The notes beneath the pieces were generated by a model. The model saw only the letters and a program-made list of their open reading frames with translations, searched no databases and was not told the origin of the DNA. Positions 37,240 through 52,200 of a stretch of 64,000 nucleotides of DNA are shown here, piece by piece. The stretch's first letter is position 1. The number at the start of each line of letters is the position of its first letter. Location: NCBI RefSeq assembly GCF_037042905.1, contig NC_087252.1:24678001-24742000 (forward strand), written 5' to 3'. Position numbers and translations under genes: made by a program. This DNA comes from Lytechinus pictus (taxonomy: Eukaryota).

Positions 37240-38875
37240 CAGTCTTGTCTGTGATGATCCCAAAGCAACAACACCACCACCTCTGCATCTTGATAAAAAT
37301 TTATTTTACATTTCTTCCTTTTTCTGTCTCTTTCTCCTGATGTAAATTTTCTTAAAAGACAATCATCAGCCCTCATGCCAAATTTAATTGCACGTGTTAT
37401 CGTTCTTGTTGATCATATATTATGTACAAAGAAGCTTAAGTTGATTATGCATTACTGATTATGCTTTACAAGTTTGTCGAATTTGGAATAATCATTAAAC
37501 TAACAAAATGCATTCTCACTATCAATGCTAAATTTATCAAAATTTAAGTGATCGCAGCAAGCAATGATTCCAGGAAATTATGTTGAACCCTTATAATAAA
37601 GGTGAATTCTTATCTCATTGTAAAATGTACTTTTGATGCAAGTTAAAAATGTAATGAAAACCAGCTGGAAAAAAAAGAAGAAAATCATGAACACTGATGA
37701 GCTCTTTATTGGCATGTATGCATTGGTTATGCTTTGGTAATAAAAAGTACCTTGAAAAATCATCTCATGGCCGAACATGCTGCTTATTCTGCTAAGAACT
37801 TAGCAATTTCTCACTATCTAATATAATTATTGTTCACATATTAATTTATATTGTACAGTGCCTACTTTCATGTAGCTTGTTGTATGGGAGGCTGAGTGTA
37901 CAATGTTGAGTACCATTGCACATGTATCGTTGAAAATGCGCCATTGCAAGTTCAGTATGCGTAGGGCCTTCTGGCTAAACATGCACTGTTACTGTAGATA
38001 TTGCTTTTTTTTTAAATATAATTTTCCTCATTTTTGTAGATTTACGTCAGAAAAAAATTATTTGTATCTATCCTAACTTCCGAGGCATTGTACAACACAC
38101 ATAGCAAATATTCTTATTCATGCAATGGTACAAGATTTCGCGTTCCGTGAAAGAAAGAGACACTAGTAAACTCGGCTACGCCTCGGGGAATAGAGCATCT
38201 TTCTTTCACCTCGTGCTAAATGCTGTACCATCAGACACCTGTGTCTGTTTGAATACTGTACACACCATCACCCTAACATAAAGTTTTAGAATTCATGGCA
38301 TGATCGTTACACACCACTGGAGGAGTGTTTTTTTTCTTATTAAGGGAAATGGAATTTTTAGAACAATTGGAAAGATAAAAACAGTACTGCCTCATTATAT
38401 GAGGAAATTTTCTTTCTGTATATATCCCAGCCCAAGGAATTTAGTTTCCTAAAGTTTTACCAATTTTATGGTGCATTATCTGTGCATGCTTTGAATATTA
38501 ACATTAACAATTTTATATCCAGCAAATTTATCTTCATTATTTAGTATCTGTTTTCTTTCCCTGTATTGTTTCCTGTTTGCTCTGTAATTAATTCTAAAAA
38601 TATGCTGGTCCCTTTCGTCTTTGCATTATATGTAACCAGAAATATCCTGCTAAGCAATTACTTTTGGTTTCTATTACAAAAGAATGTTGGATTATTTTCC
38701 CAGTTTCAGTATTTTTTAACTTATTTTTTAATTTTTGTTCTGCGTTTGCTTCAATCCATGGAATTTAAAGTTCATGACTGTCCAGATTCTATGGGTACAA
38801 ACATTCATATTTACATCAATTGCAATGCAATAATAATTAAAGTTATTCTTTGTTGGTTGAAATTAACAACTGATG

Positions 38876-39092
38876 AAGCTTTTGCTCTCAACACAGGAAA
38901 TGATCTTGAATAATTACCTCAACATTTTTCGGCTATTGAATGCAGCTTTCATCCCAAATTTGCCCCGATCATTGATCATTGCATTACTATTAAAGCGGGT
39001 CCCATCTCTAAGGATGGCTGAAGTCGGGAGCCAAAAATGTTGAGGTAAATTAACTCTTATATATTTTTTTCTTATATTGAGAGCAAAAGCTT
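38876..39092. mobile_element. Small fold-back MITE
   Basis: aagcttttgctctcaa ... ttgagagcaaaagctt ends, plus an inner ttacctcaacattttt / aaaaatgttgaggtaa pair. Confidence 0.6.
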
Positions 39093-39094
39093 AA

Positions 39095-39687
39095 AGGGGA
39101 ATCCAACCTTTGCCATAAAATATTGTGTTGGGAAGGAGAAAAATAAATTAAACAGGATGGTGAAAGTTTGAAAGAAATCGGACAAGCAATAAGAAAGTTA
39201 TAGCTGCTTTAAAATTGAGATCACTAATAGTATGTAGATTTCAAATTGGCAACTGGGTAAGTAAATTATGACAAGGGGCAAGGACAACTTTTCCATAGGC
39301 CATGTACTTTATTATCAGGGATTTGTGGTTTTCTCCCAAGTACCCATTCCCCTGGGGCAGTAATCTAAATATAACCCAGGTAGTATTTTGTTTAATGTCC
39401 TCATGAAAGAAAAATATAATTTGAAATAAAACTTTTGGGAAAAATGAAATTTTAGCCATAATATGTATTGGAGCACATGGAAGAGTAGTCCTTGCCTTAC
39501 ATCACTATGACATCCCATATGCGGCCAATTTTAAGTCGCCATGAGTATAGTGATTACCAATATCTACAACTTTTATAAATTCATAACTTTCTTGTTGTTT
39601 GTCCAATACTGTTCAAACTTTCACCTATCAACTTGTCTGATTTTTCTTTTTCTCATAAAAACGTTTTTATTTGGGTTGGATTCCCCT
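39095..39687. mobile_element. TTAA-target MITE (Kolobok-like)
   Basis: aggggaatccaacc / ggttggattcccct TIR, with TTAA at 39091-39094 and 39688-39691. Confidence 0.8.
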
Positions 39688-39842
39688 TTAATTGTTGTTT
39701 TCAACCAACACAGAACAACTTTCATTATTATTGCATTGAAATTGGTGTAAATATGGATGCATTGCTAACGTACATGTAATTTTGCATATGCCAACCTTCA
39801 ATAAGTTGAATATTTTCACCCAGATTAAAGCAGTTTTTAGAC

Positions 39843-40038
39843 CAGGGGGGTGTTTCACAAAGATTGAAGTATGACTTAAATCGCACTTAAATGCCGATGC
39901 GTATCTGAAATACAATGCGCTATCTAATTGATCAATACGCAGTAGTGCGTGTCATTGCATGATTTGACCGATGCGGTTTTACTAGACATTTAAGTGCGAC
40001 TCTAAGTTATACTTAAAATCTCTGTGAAACACCCCCTG
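39843..40038. mobile_element. Palindromic MITE
   Basis: cagggggggtgtttcaca ... tgtgaaacaccccctg ends and an internal mirror tcgcacttaaatg / catttaagtgcga. Confidence 0.65.
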
Positions 40039-41261
40039 ATCTTTTGGTGTCACAGAAATCTGTTCAACTTAGAAGGTGTGAATTACAAGTTTGCATTTTC
40101 ATTGTGGAAAACATGTTTTGACTAAGGTGACTATTTGACTTTAATATGGAACGTCGACCTATTCCTAAGCAAAGTTTACTGTATACCTCTTAGTCAAATT
40201 TATTTTTCTAAGTCAAATTTATTTTTTGTAGTCCCAAATTAATTGACTTGGGCAAAGTTACCTGTAGATGATTATAAATATCTTTATTGGCCTTAAAAGG
40301 CCCTTAATCACTATCTTTCTTTTTAAATATGGGCAGTGAAGTGAAATTATCATTATTGTAAATGTGCACGCATTGCCTTTGTATGCACCCAGAGAAAATG
40401 TTGGATTGGATCAGATTCAGTGTGCGTGCATCTTTTTCCCGCTATGGCTGTCCACCATCACCAACGCTGGTTTGGTTCTGTTAACGCTGGTCTACTCTCC
40501 TCGTGATGTGATTTGAATGCTTAAGAGGTGACATTCAACGAAATCTCGAGAACGTCCTTCAATATAAATAAACTTGAATTTGTCTTTTTATTTAGTTAAG
40601 ATCACCATGCTAAAGGTTGTCGTAAGAGGGAATACATCTCAATGTCAGAAACATCAGGGCCTCAATCATGTACAGGGCAGTGTAAAACAATATGTTGTGA
40701 TAATACTAGTCGGTTCTTGTATAGTGCATATTATATCCTACATAGAGTAAATCCTGTATAGTGATTGGTTCAAGTAGCATCATGTGACCTAATATATTTC
40801 AACTATGATGTTGCGTGATGTCAGACCTCGATATATTTTTGGATATATCGAGGTCTGACGTCATTATTTCGCAAAACTGGATATCGAGCTAAACTCTCGG
40901 GCGCACCGGCCAGCGCGCTCTCTCTCCCGGGCAAGTCCAGCGATGCGTCGGCGCAGGCACTAATCTGCGTTCCGCTGAGCGCGGTGGCTCGGAGAAAAGT
41001 AGGTAATTCAACTCAAGTAACCGGCCTTTGCAAGCTCAACACATAGATTTTGGTTGTAAATTATCAAAAGTAGGATATAAAACAAATATACCAGGCGTTT
41101 CATTCGAAAGCATAGTGGGAATTATTAATCCTCGGTTGGACTGGCAAAACTACTATATTTCCCTCGGGGCTTCGCCCCTCGGGGAAAAATAGTAATTGCC
41201 AGACCAACCTCGGATAAATAATTCCACTATACTTTCTCAAAGCCTGATATATTTGTTTAAC

Positions 41262-41411
41262 ACATAATGAATAATGTCTCTATGCGCTTCCAAAGGACTT
41301 GGATATTATTACCCCGGCTGTAGCTCAAGCAGCCTTTCCAGCGCTCGGCATTTCAAGGAATAAATTCCTGCCAGTTACCCATTCACCTCACCTGGGTTGA
41401 GTGCAGCACAA
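41262..41411 (-). mobile_element. SINE 3' portion (related pieces at ~52617-52730 on +, and ~58700-58860 and ~63840-63930 on -)
   Basis: Shared core tgtgctgcactc(a/g)acccaggtgaggtgaatgggta.c.ggcaggaa. The 58.8-kb copy keeps a B-box (GGTTCAAATCC at 58822-58832, minus strand). Confidence 0.6.
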
Positions 41412-44400
41412 TTAATAGCATACTGGTAACAACTACTCTGATTGGTTGTCGGTCAGTCTTCTTAACAAACTGCACATGTGACAATTATTTTGATTGGTCA
41501 ATCGGTTTACTATTTTAGTATTACAGATCATTTTCTTTTATGCTGTCATGAAGTGCAATCGGTTGTGGAAATAAATTTCTCACTCAGTTGTTACGAATCT
41601 TTGAATATACGCCAAGTTTACTTTCCACTATATGATCCTAAGGCGATTGAATTGGAATTTTGATTTCTTTTACATTTTAATTTATATGTAGTTACATGTA
41701 TCTCTTGCATAATGCATGTTTATTTGTATTGTAAAGAACATTTGATTTGTGACTATCTTTCTCTTTTTGTTTTGTTTTCAATGAAGTACACATCTCAATA
41801 TCAAATGCAAGGAAATGTATGATCACTGTATTGTAATTTATTCTTTTGAAGTTTAGTAAAAGAAAAAATTATATATATTTTTTTTTAATTGCATTATTCA
41901 GAATAGTTTTCAGAATATGTCAGACCTGACAATAGTCTGACTTAGCAACAGTTTGGTATAAGTGACTGGAATCTCTTTATCTGATTGGTCGAGACTGGTA
42001 AATATGCCATTATTGTAATTTCCATGGAAGCAGTGATTGTGATTGGCTGTCGATTCTTGTTACCATGGTAATTACCATAATTGTTATGTAACCTACATGT
42101 GTTTTAAACATCTTCCAAGTTGAATTTCACTGAATATTTCTGAGATCCCAAGAGATTTGATTTTGGCAAATTCACCTGTATACATCATCCATTGGCCTTT
42201 CATTGTGTACTGCATTTTATCAGTGCACTAATATTAAAAACTGAAAGCAAGTACATGTAGTTATTGTACAGTTGTATATTGGAATTATAAAATTCTGTAG
42301 TCATCAAGTTAAAAATTCAAACAGTACAACTTCTATTTTTATGCAATTGCTTTAAAATTAGTGATGTGTTCAAGAATGCATGCACACGTGTACTATGTAT
42401 ATTGGTAACTTAGATATAATTGCTTCATTTAAAATCATATACCGTCCGCATCGAACTGAAGAATCGGTTCTTGATTTCAAAACTTACCTACATGTACAGT
42501 ACACTGTGAAAAGCAGGATAGCATTTCATGAAACACTGACAGGTGTTATAAGCCACTGAAAATCCTTGCTTCGGATTGGCTCAGAGCAAATTTGGTCGGT
42601 GAAAATCAGGGAGATGTTTTATGAAACTCTCCCAATTTGCTGAATTTAGCCTACTTTGGAGGGAACGTGCCTCTTTACATGTAGGTGCAGATATAATCTA
42701 TGTTTTAGATATTTATTTTAGATACTTTTAATTTTGCCCTGTTTTGTCTTAGATTAAAGCATCACTCTTGATTAAAAATCATAGCTAGAAACACCATTGC
42801 ATATTCTAGTATAATATTTGAAATTTGCAATTAATGAAGAATTCAGATTTTTAATATGTCAATATTTTATTACTTCTATTATGTTCTTTAAAAAACAACA
42901 ACCTGGTAATACATGATAAATTATCTGATTTTTAATGGCATCTAAAGTACAAAATTACAATTATTATTGCATTTTTTATGTATTCAATTTGAATACTTGG
43001 TGATACAAGTCATATGACAAGTTTGTGAAAAAAGTGGTTCTATTGATATCAGTGGAAAAAAATATTGATTTGTAAAAAGAAATACGATTCTGATTGCATT
43101 CTTACATTATGTTCACTTTCAATATTGTGATGCATGAAAATAGTGGGATAATTTTTTTGATGACATCAAAAATTTTCTTACTTCAGATTATGTTTTCAAT
43201 TTTAAATAGCGATAAAATGTTATTTGATGAGTTGGTGAAAAAGTTTATTTTTTATGATATCAAATATATGATTCGCATTGGCATTTCTCCATGTTTATGA
43301 TCAATTTTAGAACCTGGTACATGGGATGGTAAATTGCCAATTCGTCCACTCACCACATGGTCTACTTTCATTTAGTCTAATGCCATTCCGTCCATCAACA
43401 TTTCATCTAACAACTATTCGGTCCAATAACCATTTAGTCCAATCATCACTTCGTCTTATCACCATTTCGTCTATTTCCATTTCATCTAATAACCAGTTGG
43501 TCTAATACCCATTTCCTTTTCATTAATTTTGCACAATCAACACTTAAGTTTGATTAGACCAAATGGTATATGGACTAAATGGCTATTGGACCAACTGGCT
43601 ATTAGATGGAATGGCATTAGACTAAATGAAAGTAGACCATGTGGTGAGTAGACAAACTGATGAAAGACCAAATGGTAGTAGACGAGTAGGCAATTGGACG
43701 AATTGGAAATAAACCCAAGGGATTAGAAGAATTAATGAAAACAAAATGATTTGAATGACAAATCAGGATTATGATTGTATTCATTGTTCAGTTTCAATAC
43801 ATGATAATAGGCCTACATTAGATGACAAGAGAAAAATTAGAAAAAAACAAGGATATTTATTATGGCAAATATATTTAGTATTTTGTGTTCATCATCAACG
43901 TACTGTTCTACTAGGACAAAAGGAAGCAATTGACTAAAAGTGTAATTTCTAGTAAATTGAACAAAAATTAGAATTGATTCATTTTTGTGTCTTTATAACT
44001 TACAGAGATGCCGTATAAATTTAGGCCTCTTATCATGGTGGTTAACCGGACTTACTGTTTTTGTGTCGTTAATTAATCAATTGGTATATTGTAAAACTCA
44101 ACTGCTGCTTATATTTCACATGGTTCATTTTGTCAAAATGACAGATTCTTATATCATTCTCCTTGCAGTTATACTCGCAACTCTCTACAAACTATGTTTG
44201 CATATACATTAGAAATGTTGGAAGACTTTTTTGCCAATTTGTATATCAAAGGCAAGATGTTGAATTATAGTTACAATCTAGCCTTACAATTTTACAACAT
44301 GAATTTATTTTATTTTTTGCAACAAGATGTAACATGGTGAAGCACTTATTGAGCAACTTTTGTCATTGAAATGATCACCATACATATACATGTAGTTAAC

Positions 44401-44665
44401 ATTGCGCTATTTGAAGGTACATACATGTATAACAATGAATTATTAGTTCAGGTTTACTTGGACTGGACATTACAATATGTAATGGAAGGCTTTATAAGCC
44501 CGAATGGTATTTGTTTTTGTACAGTGTTTTTTGCTCGTTGACTTGTTTTAAATTCAATCCACCTTTCCACTCTGTACTGAAGGTACATTATGTTAGAAGA
44601 ATTATGACAATATTCAAAGCATTTTATTAATTATCTGTGGTGTTATCCATGTGTTAATGCTCGGT

Positions 44666-44671
44666 ATTAAA
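44666..44671 (+). terminator. Candidate distal poly(A) signal (ATTAAA) of gene A
   Basis: Lies at the end of the T/G-rich zone and is followed by GT/T-rich sequence. Confidence 0.3.
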
Positions 44672-46041
44672 GTCAATAGTTTGTAAATGTATGCATCATG
44701 TTGTTAATTGAATTTGCCTTTCAATTCTGTCCCTTGTGGCAAGTTACAATTTGATAAGTTGAAGTTAATGCCCCCAACAGTGTGTGTGTGTGTGTGAGAG
44801 AGAGAAATGGAGAGGGAGGGAGAAGAGGGGGAAATGTGTGTTTGTGTGTGAGGGAAGAAGAGAGATAAGGAAAGAAAAGAGGAGTATTAAAGTGTGAGAA
44901 TGATAAGGGGGGTGTGTGTGTGAGCATGGACCTACTAGGTGCATGGTGAGAGGGGGGATAGACAGACATTGAAGGGGACTGTATTTACATTATACAGATC
45001 CAGAGATACATGTACACTAGTCATAATAGAAGGGAAAGCGTCAAAAGAAATGTGTAGAGGAAAAAGGATTGTTTGGTATGTAAAAAGTGGGGGGGGGGGG
45101 GGGGGGGCGTTGGGGGATAATCGGCACTGTCATTTCAAAGTGGACAGCATGCTCGTACATGAATTTCAAAACGGGCCCCAAAGACAGTATTCATCTTTCC
45201 ATCTCGGTATTTTAAAGTATACCCTTTGTCCCCGATTTTGGCAATTTTGATATTTACCCAGCAGGCGTTATTTTTTTAAATGGTGTCCAACTCCTCTGGT
45301 ATAATGGAAAGAAAGAATGGAGAAGAGAAAGGACTGAAAATGCTGCAAAAGGAGGATTGAGTACTAGGGGAGGGAAAGAGAAATGAATAGAGAACAGACT
45401 GCAAGGATGGGGGAGGGGTACAGTTATGGGCAGAAAAAAATTATCACCCCCCTCCCTGCTTCCTCTGTCATTTTAATCTCTCTACATGTATGTCCACTTT
45501 ATCTCTGGCTTCGGGTATGGGGTAATGTTCCATTTTTGAAAAATGTTATTTTTTGCAGCATAATAACTTTAAATTAGTAATAATCTGATACCATCTGAAA
45601 CATAATTATATAATAATCTGAAACCATTTATCCAAGTCAAATATTCACTTAAGCATTAAAACACAGAGTATCCCTGTGAACTTTTCTTATGTGCCAATGT
45701 GCATATATCTCGTGAAATTAAGCAAAACTTAAAAGTGTCATAACTTAATATTTTACATCCGATTTTGACGAAATCTTCAGTGTTTTAATTGCTTGTTGGT
45801 TTTTTTTTTCTATTTTTTAAAATTCAAATCAACTATTTGTTGGGATGGACTTGTCCTTTAAGTAGAGCCTAACATGAAAAACTTTATAAAACATCCCAGG
45901 ATCTGTGTGCACGTGCAGATATATCCATCTTAACAAAATTGTAAAACAAACATTTGATAGAAATAAAAATTCCAGCATCTCCTTCATCAATTAAACACAA
46001 AACAACCAATAATGCACAACTAGAAATCATTTCCAAGCACA

Positions 46042-46047
46042 TTTATT
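46042..46047 (-). terminator. Candidate distal poly(A) signal (AATAAA) of gene B
   Basis: Followed on the minus strand by the GT-rich ttggttgttttgtgttt; it marks the edge of the A/C-rich zone. Confidence 0.4.
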
Positions 46048-49000
46048 GTAACATTGAATGCATATTTATATGCTTAATATGGCAGGGTATAGAGCAGGTA
46101 CATTTATGAATACACCATGATATTTTTTTCCTCAATTATTTCAAGTAAAATAAGCTACGGGGTTGGAAGTTTTAACTTCTATCACTACACTAATTTGTAC
46201 ATACACATACATATAATAGTCACTCAGAATTGTGTGCAACAGTATCCCAAACCGTATAATAACTGCAATTGCTGTTTTGTTGTTGTGTTTATTTGTGTGC
46301 TATTGTATCTTGTTTGTTTTGTTTTGATGATTTGTGAAACAGTTGAACAACAATTGTGCCCTAATAATGGGTACATTTCTCCGTTACCTATAAACACCAT
46401 ATCAAAAGGTGGAAATTGAATACAGGTAATAAGTCAACAATCAACAAGTCAAATATTTGCCTAATTTGAAGCATTTTTTCAGATCAGATTATGCAAAACA
46501 TGTGCTATATACCTCTCCTACCAGTAATTCAAATTTATCCTGAAGTCAAAAAGATTAATGTGATCCCAAATCATTTGCCTTAGGCAAGTTAAATATGTAC
46601 ATGTACTCAGTTTTGCTTCAGATTTTTTTGTTTAATAAGTTGTATCCTATTTGATACTTTGATAGAGTGAAATATCCGGGACTTTCAGAAATTTGATTTA
46701 GAGGAATTCTTTTGATTAATCTCTGAAGTAGATCACATAATATGCTTTGAATTTATAACAAATACATTTGTTTATAACTACTCCATTGTGAATACAGACT
46801 GCAATCCGTTAAAAAGGAAATATACATCAATAAAAACTGGTCGACATGTTAAAAACAGCAAAATTTGATCAAAATTCAAAGGCAATGATTTGTATTTCAT
46901 TAAGTTTAAGCTGGATTTAAAAACACTAGGTTTTCTTATGAAAAATTGATTTATTTCAAGACAATAAGTAGATTCATTAAATCGCAAGGGAGATTCCCGT
47001 CCGGAGTAAAAATGGATGATATTAAAGCCCATTCTTTAAGAAGGCTGTTGCACACAAATTACACATTGTCTTTAACACTGGAAGAATCTACATTAAGTAA
47101 CTAAAACAATAGATTATTTACATACTTGCTAAGCAAAGAATAAGTTACTGTGTCAGCCATCGGTATGACGTAGAAAATAAAAGAACAGTACCACGGAAAA
47201 TACAACGCCTTTTGAGTTTGACTCTAAAAAGTTATTGAATAGTAACAACTGAAAGTATAGTGTTAATAATACATGGTTTATAGGTCAATAGTAAAAAATA
47301 TCTTCCTGTACGTGTGTGAAGGTGAATTGCCACTTGGTCTAGACTCACTTGGTCTAATGCCTGTTTGGTCTAATTCCACACGGTCTAATTCTGTCTCCAA
47401 CAGCTTGTATAATAATCGTTTGATATAAGGACATATTAATTAGCTCATTATCCATTTTGTATAATTATATTCCCACTTCATACAACACATTGGCACATTA
47501 GACCAAATGCTATAATGACCAAAACTTATTAGACCAACTGGTATAAGAAAAAAAAATACAACAGAACCAACTGGTTTCAGAGCAAATATTATTTGACCAG
47601 CTGGTATAAAATGAACAAGTATAAGACCAACTGGGAACAGACCAAATGTCATTAGACCAACTTCAACTGGTAGAAGCCCGAATCAGTACGTGTAAGACCG
47701 ACTGGTAGAAGACGAACCGATATTAGACCAATTGGTAATAGACCAAATGACACTACACCACATGGCAATGAGCTCACACACGTACATACATGTACTCTAC
47801 AAACACACTTGATTTGTACATCATTATGCAGACCAAATTACACTAAAACATTACTTTAGAAGTAATCATATATTTATCGACATCAAGTGGTCCCAAGTAA
47901 ACAAACAAAAGTATCTGCATTTAGAATGCAAGATATCTACTTCTTTGGTATTTATGTATGTTGCAAACTATCAATCATTTTTTTTTTCTTGTTCTTCATA
48001 ATAAACATGTAAGTTTACACATTGGATTACACACAAACTTTGCAACATAATACTCGAGTGTTACATAAAAACACAATAGCACAACCCTTTCACAACCAAT
48101 ACTTCACTTCCTCCAATCCAAATATCAATAATAAGTATTCAAGAAACCTTTTAGAAAGCGTATTTCCAGTAAGAATCCCATTTCTAACAATTAACAACGT
48201 CACATATAGAGCAGAATGAAGCTCTGGAAATCGGAGAGTGATTAGTTATCAAAGTTGCCAATATTGTAGAGCATCACGCTGGCAAGAGAGGGATAGGTGA
48301 TGGAATTCAGCTGCATTCTTGAATTTCGACACCGGTGCAGACACTTCATTTCAGGTGCTACTTTAATCAATTATCCATACTTAAGTTTTTTTTTATTAAT
48401 CTGTGTCTATTCATAAATGACAATTTTTTTTTTCATACATGTACAATCATTTCCAATCATTTTACCCTGCCGGCATTTATCAAAGGAGACTTATTTTGGC
48501 AATTAGTTAAAACAGAACTTGTGCGAGCAGCGTGCTAGATTTGCTTAACATACATATTGATGATGATCATTCCATTATATCTTTATAAAACAATTCCTAT
48601 CCATTGGAAATTTCGGATAAAAGGGTATAAAAGCAGTGACCATCACTGCTCGATACATTATACAATCTTCCATCGTGTCCACAGCACAGACATGAATACA
48701 TACTTTAATAAAAGAAACACATGATTATCCCCATTTCGTTACACCACCATATAACATCATTGAATAACACTTGATTCATTTTCATCCATTTTCCCAACAC
48801 ACAATGTTTTTTTTAATCCTCTTAACATGTACTGTACACTATTTTACAAGCCTTGAAATCCTCTCTAGATAGAATACATATATTGGCATATTTATGTGTT
48901 TCCATACGCTTTCTACTGCCCCTGTGCTAATAATAATACCTGCAACATATTGCCAGTAACAAACGGCAATCACTTGGTGGGATAAGTTGGGCTAACTTTG

Positions 49001-49098
49001 AATGATAACGGTACAAGAGCTCAGTTGGGAGACTAGCGATATGATCATACAAATGACAATTAGAGGACTTATGGCTTTGGGGGCCTTTCCAAAGGACC

Positions 49099-49213
49099 CA
49101 GAGGCGGCGGAACATCAGGCTCGGACGAAGAAAGTGGAGGGGCACCTTTTGTCTGCCAAACAATAGGTGCCCCTCCACTTTCACTGTATGAGCCTGACAT
49201 TCCGCTGCCTCTG
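49099..49213. mobile_element. 115-bp hAT-type MITE
   Basis: cagaggcggcggaa / ttccgctgcctctg TIR; perfect 8-bp TSD aaaggacc (49091-49098 and 49214-49221). Confidence 0.85.
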
Positions 49214-52200
49214 AAAGGACCTGATAATGCTTGATTATACCTTTAAGCAGTACCGCCGTAATCAACAGTGATAAAGATAATATTTTATATTTTATAATAT
49301 TAGTGCTTATCACATTATCATCTAACATCTCTGTGTGCCTCCAGTGGCCTTCAAATGGTAACATTAGTAAATAAATCCAGAGTTAAACATTGAAACAAAT
49401 TTCTGGTAAATGATTCCCCCTCCCCCCTCCCCCAGTCATCAACCCCTTCCATTGCATGTACATTTCCTCTTTCCATTCTAAGCGCAGGAATCGGTGTCAG
49501 AAATTGAACAGAAACACATACAAATATCACTGTACAAATGACATTCAATATAACCATCATAGTGAATATACAAACTTCAAGTATAACATTGAATACTACT
49601 TCTTCCAACTAGAAAGACATCAATTTCTCTCTCTTTTTTTTTCTCACTTTGGCACTACCATACATGACAAATAGGTGAATAAATCTTTGTATGAACACAT
49701 TATGCTTATGAGCTACCACATTGCAAAAAGTTTTTTTTCCGCGATATTATTCTCACGGAAGGAATACAATAAACATTATACACAATGAAGACTTTACAAG
49801 ACGCAATTTGCAATACATGCACGTTATTCTGTAATCTGCATACATACACCAATAGGACTAAAGAATTAACGTTTTGGTCCTTTTACCTCAAAAGAAATAA
49901 TCGTTTAAAGATATATTATCATACTTCATTATTTTACGAGGGAATGGGATAGATTGTCTATGGCGACAGAGCAGAAAAGAACATAAAATAACAATGGAAT
50001 GAATTTCTAGAGTACAAAAAATACATTTCCATTGTGTAAAATCTGAACATCTTTTTATACATATTGACAATCCAAGCACCTTTTTGTTTATAAAGAAACA
50101 AACATTTCGACAAGATTTTGTCGGTTATGAACATATGGTGTCTTATACACATACAATAACGATCCACAGAAATCAATTTACATATACAAAACTAAAAATA
50201 ATACTGAACCCACGTTATCATTCCGTTTATAAATAGAAGAATTGCATTAAAACAACCACAAGTGAAAAGCAAGCACAAGAGAAATATCAAGACATAAAAA
50301 TAAAATAGTTCAGGCATTGCGAAAGAAAGAATGGAAAACATATTGCTACGCTACACATACTCTGTTCAACCTAAATAGTTATATTGCAACTAGTTCTACA
50401 CATACATTAGAGAGAAAAAATCTACACAATTTTCAGTTAAAAAGCTAAGGCAGTAAGGCCTTGAGTACTTAAAAGGGCCAAGAATATCAACAATAAAATT
50501 CCTTTTATATCAAGGTGGAAGGCATTAAGATTTGTTTTTCATTTCTACAGACAAAATTTGCCTCCTCTGATAAGTTTTCTCTTTTTGTTTTTCAAACAAA
50601 AGGTTGCTGCACTTGCAGTATTCCAGGCAAGCCACAGGTAGAATGATAGGAACTTTTCAAGACCCTATGTCATCATGCCATCAACATTATGCAAATCTGT
50701 GTAAATATTGGTAGATTTTTGCCCAATATTCACCATGTAGCTGAGGCAATACTCTTTCTGAATTGTTTCCTTTATTTTTTATTTTCGTTTAGAGAAACGC
50801 ATCATTGTGGAAAATTGCAATCATTTAGAAAAGCATGCCTGTTTTGGTCAGCGTAATCTCGATGGGATATATTTTCTCATTTGTAGTAAAAAAAAAATGC
50901 CTTGTATGTCATTTTCCAGCTAGGTACTAAAATGCTTTATTAGAAAGAGTAAATTAAACACTCTTAACACCTTAAAGGTTCAACTGAATATATTCAGCAC
51001 TCATTACTTGCCTTCACTGCATCTGCACTCATTTAAACCCTCCCCTTACTTCTTGAAAAATATTCTATTACCATATATTTACCAATCTATATTAATGAAA
51101 TAGAATCAAATATTATATATTTTTATTATTCTGGAATTATGATAAAAATGTGCAGAGTCTATGAGAGAATGATGTTTCACCACATAAGGTGGAACTTTAC
51201 CTACATGTATTACAGATTTTGGGTTATTTAAAAAAAATACAAACAATGGAATGAATACGACTCAACAACTTGCACAAAAAAGGGCTGTTGAAACCAAAGA
51301 AAAAACTATTTCAAGATGAAAAACATATCAAGATTGTCAGGAAAGGCTGGATACATGTATTACACTTGGGTGAAATTTTCTCTTCTTTTTTTTTTATTGA
51401 ACTTCACCATAAAACACACACAGACCAGCAAAATATAGTCAACTACTTCAGCAACGGAATCTTGAGGCAAGACATATACACATCGCTACCAACATATAAA
51501 CAAAAACAAAAAAAATCACTTCATCCCAATATAGATTCTCTAAAACTGTATAAAAAAGACAAAAATACAAGGTTTAGTGATCACGATACATAATATGATC
51601 AGGAATTACAAAGTTTGGTTCATTTTCATGGCAAAATTACATCATAAAACAGCTGCGAGTAAATCATCTCTTTTTTTGGTGGATTCGATCATCTTTATAT
51701 AGGAACTATTCTTGAAGCATCTTTTATCTCTCTCTCTCCTAATGCTGATAGTATTTTATTGCGAGGTTGAGTTGTACTTTAGAGAGAGAAACCAATACCT
51801 GGGTCACGTAACAAAGAGCCTAGCGACTGATCATACGATTGATTTTTACAATGGAGTATACAACATGGTCAATGCAATCAATCATAAGAATTCGCCCTAC
51901 TATCAATCGCTGGACTTTGTGTTACGTGGCTCAGGTTAGGTTGCCATTTTATGTACAGAAATTGATTAGAGTTGAATCATTATGAAAAACTATGGCACGT
52001 AATTCTGGGGCCCGTCTTACGAAGAGTTGCGATTGATCCAATCAACCACAAGTATGGACGGCCAGCGACGTCAACATCTAAAATGCAAATTTGTTCAAAA
52101 AATTTCCTCAAAATGATGTATATTCATACATTCATCGTTCTCTTGGAGATTCAGTGTGATTCTCTCTGTTTACTGAGGAGATTGTGCAAATTTCTTGTAG

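Noticed and set aside
27951..37263. Many antisense and alternative-frame ORFs within the large exon (likewise 54245-56729)
   Set aside because: Shadow ORFs of long GC-richer coding sequence, with no independent motifs.
46790..47070. Possible decayed LINE RT fragment (GRFPSGVK..ILKPIL-like)
   Set aside because: Too degenerate, with stops and frameshifts, to support without a search.
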